A DNA stretch of 25,317 nt, taken from the NCBI GenBank assembly GCA_045805065.1, contig JBJMMA010000134.1, positions 1 to 25,317 of the forward strand, in the 5' to 3' direction. Under the pieces are notes generated by a model. It made no database searches. It worked only from the letters and a program-made list of their open reading frames with translations, and was not told the DNA's origin. Source of the stretch: Bdellovibrionia bacterium (GTDB lineage: Bacteria > Bdellovibrionota > UBA1018). A program made the translations under genes and the position numbers. Positions 1 through 6,001 of this stretch are shown here, piece after piece (positions within the stretch are counted from its first letter, which is position 1; the number at the start of each line of letters is the position of its first letter).

Positions 1-887
1 CGTTTCTGAATCCAGTTATGCGGATAGCTTCCCGGAGTAATGCTGCTTGGATCAAACGAGCTGACAATTCTCTCAATTGCCCGGTACTGGCTTTGCGGAA
101 TCTCCTTGTTGAATTGCAACGACTTGATCAGATAGCGAATGGCGCCGAGAATCTCGGGATTATTTCCGGCAGCAGCCTTCTGTGTCTGATGATGTGCGGG
201 AGATTCCAGGAACGTGATCTGATCGCCGGCGAGATCGCTCAGGAAGACGGAGCGGCCGGAAGGCTTGGCCAAATGGTGCGCTTCCTGGATCACGGATTTA
301 CCATCCGGCGGATCCGTGAGCTCAATCAGTCCGATCGAAAGCGAATCATTGTTCTGGCGTGCAAAATCCGGATCCCCTTCGACCGCGATATGCTTTCCGA
401 CCGTCGTCTTAAGCCCGATCACATCCCACTTGCTGACGCCCTCAAGAGTTTTGGGCATCGAAGTCTCCAGCCAGGATTTGAAACTTTTCAATTCTTCCGG
501 GCTCTCGGCTTTTCCATCGGCACGAGTCAGAACAAGATCGTAATCCTGCTCAGGCAGAACGACATTCGAAGTGATATTTGCCAAACGAGCAGGCTGAATG
601 ATTTCCTTGCCTTGCTCAGCAAGGACCTGATGCTTCACGAAATCGCCGTAAGATGCGGCAAGTCCCCCAGCAAGAAAAACACGGAGTCCTCTCGCCTCGG
701 CCTCACGAGCAATTCGACTGAACTCAGGAATCAGCTTGCGACGCTCGGCAATCGCTTGCTCGAGCTGCGAAGGATCGACAGGTATGGCAAGCGCCCACTG
801 AACGTGAACTAAGGCGAGCACGGTGAGCAAACCAAGCCTGCTCACAACGCGAAAACCTCTACTTAGCTGAAACCGGCCGAGTCTCAT
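1..887 (-). CDS. Putative exported protein with class II nucleotidyltransferase (CCA/poly(A) polymerase-like) head motifs; 3' end lies outside the window
   Basis: Manual translation: ATG at 887-885 preceded by GAGGGG (899-894). The frame stays open for 295 codons to the window edge: MRLGRFQLSRGFRVVSRLGLLTVLALVHVQWALA|IPVDP...RVFLAGGLAASYGD...QDYDLVL...DFARQNNDSLS...NPEILGAIRYL... It is missing from the ORF track because there is no stop in the window. The CDS call is well supported; the function is inferred from motifs. Confidence 0.8.
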   Translation of the reverse strand, partial: MRLGRFQLSRGFRVVSRLGLLTVLALVHVQWALAIPVDPSQLEQAIAERRKLIPEFSRIAREAEARGLRVFLAGGLAASYGDFVKHQVLAEQGKEIIQPARLANITSNVVLPEQDYDLVLTRADGKAESPEELKSFKSWLETSMPKTLEGVSKWDVIGLKTTVGKHIAVEGDPDFARQNNDSLSIGLIELTDPPDGKSVIQEAHHLAKPSGRSVFLSDLAGDQITFLESPAHHQTQKAAAGNNPEILGAIRYLIKSLQFNKEIPQSQYRAIERIVSSFDPSSITPGSYPHNWIQK

Positions 888-907
888 GCCATTCCCCTCA
901 ACCATTC

Positions 908-934
908 GTTTCGGCATTTGAAGGAAGCGAGTTA
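908..934 (-). promoter_or_regulatory. Putative sigma28 (FliA) promoter for the 887-start gene
   Basis: Minus strand reads TAAC-N15-GCCGAAAC, against the consensus TAAA-N15-GCCGATAA. It lies just upstream of the RBS. Confidence 0.55.
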
Positions 935-1015
935 AATCAAATGGGGTTAAGGCGGCGCTCACCCGGTGAAAAAGAACAGCTAAGCGTCAAAACTTTGTCA
1001 CTGAGAGAGAACACC

Positions 1016-1130
1016 GGCGCTAGACGTCTTTAAACTGCAGAATCCCTCGCTGCGACATCCTGTCGCAGTTTCCAGACGGCATCCTGCCTGAAACGGCTCG
1101 GGATTCTGCAGTTTAAATACGTCTAGCGCC
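1016..1130 (+). repeat. Hairpin element copy 1 (31-bp arms, 53-nt two-eared core)
   Basis: Arms 1016-1046 and 1100-1130 are reverse complements at 30/31. Core 1047-1099 is TCGCTGCGACATCCTGTCGCAGTTTCCAGACGGCATCCTGCCTGAAACGGCTC. Confidence 0.95.
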
Positions 1131-1217
1131 TGAGCTCACCCCAAGTCCCTGGCGACAGAGGACTGAGTAAAGTGTCTTCGGCTCTCTATGGCTAAGATGA
1201 TCGTCAAAGCTGATGAC

Positions 1218-1348
1218 TGAACAAACCGAGACGAAATGAAAAACCAGTTAAAAGCCGAGCCGTTCCCAGGCAGGATGCCGATTGGGAATGTGACAGGATG
1301 TCACAGCGAGGCCTTTAACTGGTTTTTCATTTCGTCTCGGTTTGTTCA
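1218..1348 (-). repeat. Hairpin element copy 2 (39-bp arms, core in opposite orientation; degenerate arm extension to about 1168-1400)
   Basis: Arms 1218-1256 and 1310-1348 pair at 38/39. The core on the minus strand is TCGCTGTGACATCCTGTCACATTCCCAATCGGCATCCTGCCTGGGAACGGCTC. Confidence 0.95.
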
Positions 1349-1397
1349 CGTCATGCAATCATGACGCGCATCTCAACCAAAGAGAGCCGGATACCTT

Positions 1398-3080
1398 TTA
1401 GAAGTTCACGCCAACGCGGAAGACGGTTGCGAAAACAGTATCTGTTACGTTCTCAGCACCGCTCGCGGCATTGGAGTACTTGAAGTAATCGCCAGGGAAG
1501 AGCAAGCCCAGGTCCAAGCGGAACATGAAGTACTCGTCCCACTGGAAAGCTGCGCCCGTGTCCCACTCGACGCCGAGTGAAGAACCTTGGTCTTTTGGAG
1601 CGTTGCGAGCTTCAAACTCACGCTTATACGTATTGAAGAAGAACGCGTCCGAAGCCTTGGCAGTTTGATTCGCCTTTGCCCAGAGAAGGCCCGTGTTGAA
1701 CGTCCACTTGTCGGCGTGCAACATCCCGGTCCAGCTCAAGTACGTTGCGTTCGTGATCGGATTGTCGAACGGAGAACGCAAGTTCGATTGATTGGCCGAT
1801 GGATTGTTCAGGGTGTTTGGTCCCAGATATCCGCTCAGGTTCAGGAGCTGATAGTTGAAGAGAATCGTGCCGATCTTATAGTTCGGGTTAAAGAAGTATG
1901 CCTTGAAGCCATTCACAGTCGTGCTGGAAGTGCCTGCTTGGCCAGGAGCGCGTCCACCGCGGATCTGCATCTCCCATGGATCATTGATGCGCCAATCGGC
2001 TTCTGCAGCAACGGCCACGGTTGAGTAATCAACGCCTGCGACCTTACCGCTCGTGATTGGCACTTCAGCAGCAAGACGGAGCTTGCCGAGCTTCTTTTGC
2101 GCGTAGAGGTCCCAGGTATTGTACGACATGCCTGCCGTGCTCAAGAAAGGACTTGCCGTCGTATTGCTGGTTGGGTCTTGAGGACCGGTTCCAGGGTTTG
2201 CAAGATTCGGAGGATTTGCGCCGTTGTCTTGTGAACCACCTGCGATACGGCGAACAAAGTTCACGCCGCCTTCGAAATCCTCTTCGAGGTTTTCGTATTT
2301 CAACTGAATGAAGTAATCAGCAACCGAGCCACTGCCCAAGCCTGGCGTGCAGAGATTGGTTCCAGCGCCGCCCGTGAAGGTACAAGTGCCGCCCAATGCA
2401 TTGCCTGTGGAATAGATGGCAACACCCGGGCTGAAACTAAATGATCCGAATTTTGAGGTCAGGCGAATCTGATCGCCCGTCGACTCATAACGGTCCCATA
2501 GATTGTCGCCCGCGTTCCAGAAAACACCCAAGCCCCAGTTCAATGGAGCGCGACCCAAGGTGATCACACCGAAATCAGTGGTGAACTCACCCCAAAGGCG
2601 CTGAGCCGAAAAGAACGCGCCACGGGACTGCGTGGAATAGAACTGACGTTGGTCAAAAGTATAAGGATATGCATCGCCAAAGAGCCCGTATGCAGGATTG
2701 CCTGCCCAGAACTCTGATTTGATCACGATGTTATCGTTCACAATCGCTTTTGGCTGAAGCTTCAAGAAGAGCGTTTCAAAAGTAGCGTTGTTGTTGCCGC
2801 CACCCGGAATGTAGTAGCCGCTTGGATACTTATTTTGCACACCATTCACGGTGTTTGTGACAATGCGAGCATTGTCGACAGTAGAACCCGTCGCCGATCC
2901 ATCCATCGTGTAGTTTTTGATGAAGTGGAATTCTGTGCGAAATTTCCCGGACCAATCCAGCTCCAAAGCATGAGCAGAGGAAGCGGCTAATGTCGTCGCA
3001 GCCAGAAGCGCGATCGAAATTCCGATACTGAGTTTATTAAATCTGAGTTCTGGTTTTACAAACGCACGTTTCAGGTTCAT
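1398..3080 (-). CDS. Outer-membrane beta-barrel protein, resembling the TIGR04551 / Bdellovibrio major OMP (PopA, Bd0427)-like family
   Basis: Signal peptide ending SSAHA|LELDWSG, alternating aromatic beta-strands, a GRAPLNWGLG motif and a C-terminal beta-signal FRVGVNF. The family assignment is from recalled motifs and was not searched. Confidence 0.8.
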   Translation of the reverse strand: MNLKRAFVKPELRFNKLSIGISIALLAATTLAASSAHALELDWSGKFRTEFHFIKNYTMDGSATGSTVDNARIVTNTVNGVQNKYPSGYYIPGGGNNNATFETLFLKLQPKAIVNDNIVIKSEFWAGNPAYGLFGDAYPYTFDQRQFYSTQSRGAFFSAQRLWGEFTTDFGVITLGRAPLNWGLGVFWNAGDNLWDRYESTGDQIRLTSKFGSFSFSPGVAIYSTGNALGGTCTFTGGAGTNLCTPGLGSGSVADYFIQLKYENLEEDFEGGVNFVRRIAGGSQDNGANPPNLANPGTGPQDPTSNTTASPFLSTAGMSYNTWDLYAQKKLGKLRLAAEVPITSGKVAGVDYSTVAVAAEADWRINDPWEMQIRGGRAPGQAGTSSTTVNGFKAYFFNPNYKIGTILFNYQLLNLSGYLGPNTLNNPSANQSNLRSPFDNPITNATYLSWTGMLHADKWTFNTGLLWAKANQTAKASDAFFFNTYKREFEARNAPKDQGSSLGVEWDTGAAFQWDEYFMFRLDLGLLFPGDYFKYSNAASGAENVTDTVFATVFRVGVNF

Positions 3081-3263
3081 TTATTATTTACCTAGCCACT
3101 ACAGCTACAATTGACAGCTACTATGTTGACTGGGAATGTTGGCCAGAAATGGCTACCGATAGTTGTAATGTCAGTAGCCTCTAAGGTAGGCTACTTCGAA
3201 GCAAACTATGCCCAGAATTAAGCCGGTTGTATTGACCCATCCCAGCACAGTCAAGGAGATAAA

Positions 3264-5615
3264 ATGCGCCTGCACCGCGTCGTAATCGGAGGCGTCGCCC
3301 TTCTTTCCATCGCTTTCTGTATTTATCTGGGAGTTTTGTATGGCCAGCTCAAAACGGCCTTCAATCGTCAGGTACAGTTTGTTCCGACTCGGATCTATTC
3401 TGACGTCACTCGAATCGCATCACCTGAAACCCGCGCTTACGTGGAAGAAAAGCTGAAAAACCTCGCCTACGTCACGTCAGTCAGTGGAAATGAGGTCCAT
3501 TTCCGCCTTCATTCGAGCGATTACCCTACTTATCTGATTCCCGACGGGCATCCACAGCTGACGGTGATGGGATCCGCTAATGCAGCTCAAGACGCCTCCC
3601 AAAGCGAAGTCGTTTTGTCTTTCAGCGGAAACGGCGCGGATGATCTCCTTCAGTCCGTTCATCTCGCTGGAAAAGAAGTCCAGGACGTCTACCTTGAGCC
3701 TGAACTCGTCACGACTCTGACTCGCAGCGGAAAGCTTCAAGACGGTAAAAAAGAAATTCGCACCCTTCTGAAGTTCCAGGAAGTGCCAGCGTTGATGTGG
3801 AAAGCCATCATCGCGACAGAAGACAACCACTTCCTCGAGCACAGCGGACTTGATCCTCGCGGATTGGGACGCGCTATCCTGGTCAACTTGAGAACCCGCT
3901 CGCTGAGCCAGGGCGGAAGCACCATCACTCAGCAGCTCGTCAAGAATCTCATGGCTCGCCACACGCGAAACATCGTTCGCAAATTCAACGAGCTCTTCTT
4001 AGCACTTCTCTTGGAAGGAACGTTCGACAAAGAAACCATTCTCGAGCGTTATCTGAACGAAGTTTACCTCGGACAGGTCGGAAGCTTTGAGATCCATGGC
4101 GTGGCGGAAGGCGCTGAGCATTTCTTCGCCAAAGACGTCAAGGACCTCAATCTGGCTGAAATGGCCATGATGGCAGGACTGATTCGCGGTCCAGGCTACT
4201 ACTCTCCTTATCGCTATCGCGAGCGCGCGCTCGAGCGTCAGCGCTTTGTTCTCAAGCGAATGGTTGAAACGGGCCAGATTGCGCAATCGGAAGCCGATGC
4301 AGCGCTGAAGCAGCCGATTCGTCTCGCTCCTCCATCCACTGTAGCCAACAAGGCTCCGTACTTTACGGACTTCGTGAAGGCAGAGCTCATTCGTCAGCTT
4401 CAAGGCAAAAAGACTGAAGAAGAAATCGCAGAATCCGGCTTCCGCGTTTACACAACGCTGGATCTGTCGCTCAACTCCGCAGCTCAGACCGCTGTTGCTC
4501 GCGGCATCTCAGGCCTTGAGAAGAACATGAAGCTTGGCGCAACGGATCGCCTGGAAGGCGCACTTGCCTCCGTGGATCACAACACAGGTTACATCCGTGC
4601 GCTCATCGGCGGTCGCAGTTACGCGGAGTCCACCTTCAATCGCATTCTCAATATGCGGCGCCAGGTGGGTTCGACTTTCAAACCGATTGTCTATCTTGCC
4701 GCTCTTCAAAAAGGACGCGACCCAAAAGGCGTTCCATACGGCCCCGGACATCCTGTCGAAGACTCTCCTTGGACTCTGGTTTACGATCATGGTCGCCAGG
4801 AATGGGCTCCTAAGAACTACGAAAAAGAATTCATGGGCTGGATCTCATTCAGAACGGCTCTTGCTCACTCCATCAACACGGCGACCGCTCGCCTGGGCTT
4901 TGAAGTGGGAATCGATAACGTGATCAAAACGGCACGCGCCTTGGGAATTGAGGCAGATCTTCCGTCTGTTCCTTCCCTCTCGCTCGGTGTCGCAGAGCTT
5001 ACGCCTATTGAGCTTCTTCAAGCTTACGCGATCTTTGCAAACCACGGCGTTCAAGACGAGCTGACCGTGATTCGCTCGATCACTCATGAAGACGGAAGCG
5101 ATTACGCTCGCTTTGTCTATCATCCGAAGCAGATCTTCAATCCGGGCCCAACCGATCTTCTGACGGACATGCTGCAATCGGTTTTCACCGAAGGCACCGC
5201 CAAAGGCGCCGTTCAAATGGGCTTTGATCGTCCAGCGGCCGGGAAGACCGGGACCACGAGTCATCACCGTGATGCCTGGTTTGCGGGCTACACTCCGCAG
5301 CTCACCACCGTCGTGTGGGTGGGAATGGACCAGCCTCGTGCCGACTCTAAAGTGAAGCTCACGGGCGCGAACTCCGCTCTCCCGATCTGGGCCGATTACA
5401 TGAAGAAAGCGCTTGAGGGTGAGCCACCAACTCCATTCCCTCTCAGCCAGTATCTGAGCAACGTCTCAATCGATACTCGAAGCGGATTGCTCTCGGATGG
5501 ATCTTGTTTTCCAACCCAAGTGATCACTGAGAAGTACGAAAAAGAGAACGAGCCAAAAGCATCCGGATGTTCTCCACTTTGGCCAGACTCGACACCAAAA
5601 ACAGTCGCACAATAG
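3264..5615 (+). CDS. mrcB: Class A penicillin-binding protein (PBP1B-like transglycosylase/transpeptidase)
   Basis: N-terminal TM helix. GT51 motifs EDNHFLEHSGLD, GGSTITQQLVKN, RKFNE and YLNEVYLG. Transpeptidase motifs STFK, SIN and KTGT. GGAG RBS. An insertion between TM and GT suggests PBP1B; the symbol is less certain than the family. Confidence 0.9.
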   Translation: MRLHRVVIGGVALLSIAFCIYLGVLYGQLKTAFNRQVQFVPTRIYSDVTRIASPETRAYVEEKLKNLAYVTSVSGNEVHFRLHSSDYPTYLIPDGHPQLTVMGSANAAQDASQSEVVLSFSGNGADDLLQSVHLAGKEVQDVYLEPELVTTLTRSGKLQDGKKEIRTLLKFQEVPALMWKAIIATEDNHFLEHSGLDPRGLGRAILVNLRTRSLSQGGSTITQQLVKNLMARHTRNIVRKFNELFLALLLEGTFDKETILERYLNEVYLGQVGSFEIHGVAEGAEHFFAKDVKDLNLAEMAMMAGLIRGPGYYSPYRYRERALERQRFVLKRMVETGQIAQSEADAALKQPIRLAPPSTVANKAPYFTDFVKAELIRQLQGKKTEEEIAESGFRVYTTLDLSLNSAAQTAVARGISGLEKNMKLGATDRLEGALASVDHNTGYIRALIGGRSYAESTFNRILNMRRQVGSTFKPIVYLAALQKGRDPKGVPYGPGHPVEDSPWTLVYDHGRQEWAPKNYEKEFMGWISFRTALAHSINTATARLGFEVGIDNVIKTARALGIEADLPSVPSLSLGVAELTPIELLQAYAIFANHGVQDELTVIRSITHEDGSDYARFVYHPKQIFNPGPTDLLTDMLQSVFTEGTAKGAVQMGFDRPAAGKTGTTSHHRDAWFAGYTPQLTTVVWVGMDQPRADSKVKLTGANSALPIWADYMKKALEGEPPTPFPLSQYLSNVSIDTRSGLLSDGSCFPTQVITEKYEKENEPKASGCSPLWPDSTPKTVAQ

Positions 5616-5620
5616 AGCTT

Positions 5621-5752
5621 GAGCAAATCAAAGCGAGTTGAAATTAGATACTATAGCCCTCGTTGTGACATCATGTCACATTCCTTTTGGCCCATCCTGG
5701 GCCGGAACGACTCGGGCTATAGTATCTAATTTCAACTCGCTTTGATTTGTTC
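5621..5752 (+). repeat. Hairpin element copy 3 (36-bp perfect arms plus 3 bp, 54-nt core)
   Basis: Arms 5624-5659 and 5714-5749 are perfect reverse complements. Core 5660-5713 is TCGTTGTGACATCATGTCACATTCCTTTTGGCCCATCCTGGGCCGGAACGACTC. Confidence 0.95.
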
Positions 5753-5843
5753 TGCTTTCTGACGTTTTTGGAAGCGAGCTACCAAACCGAGATACCTCGA
5801 TTGAGCCTCTAACGGTCTCAGAGAAGCACGCGTGATTTATCGT

Positions 5844-5990
5844 AAAAACGTAGGCAGATAAAAGAGCGTTTCAATTAAAGACAAAAGCCCGAGTCATTCC
5901 CAGGCAGGATGCCGAAAGGGAATGTGACAGGATGTCACAACGAGGGATTTTGTCTTTAATTGAAACGCTCTTTTATTTGCCCACGTTTTT
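5844..5990 (-). repeat. Hairpin element copy 4 (47-bp arms, core in opposite orientation)
   Basis: Arms 5844-5890 and 5944-5990 pair at 44/47. The core on the minus strand is TCGTTGTGACATCCTGTCACATTCCCTTTCGGCATCCTGCCTGGGAATGACTC. Confidence 0.95.
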
Positions 5991-6001
5991 GAACGATTCA
6001 C

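Noticed and set aside
18..812. 264-aa plus-strand ORF in the ORF track
   Set aside because: It is the antisense shadow of the minus-strand gene starting at 887, which has an RBS, signal peptide, promoter match and enzyme motifs. The plus-strand product has no recognisable features.
1016..1348. CRISPR-array reading of conserved cores separated by variable sequence
   Set aside because: The cores are 53-54 nt, inverted relative to each other and only two per locus. The variable parts are self-complementary and homologous between copies. No cas genes are present.
3201..3215. Sigma54-like TGGGCATAGTTTGC upstream of the OMP gene (minus strand)
   Set aside because: The GG-to-GC spacing is 9 or fewer, not the required 10.
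5621..5990. Hairpins read as ordinary intrinsic terminators or tRNA-like genes
   Set aside because: The stems are 31-47 bp and AT-rich with a 53-54 nt structured loop, and they share a conserved core, unlike the real terminators at 11957 and 14988. There is no T-loop, D-loop or CCA signature. A side role in termination is not excluded.
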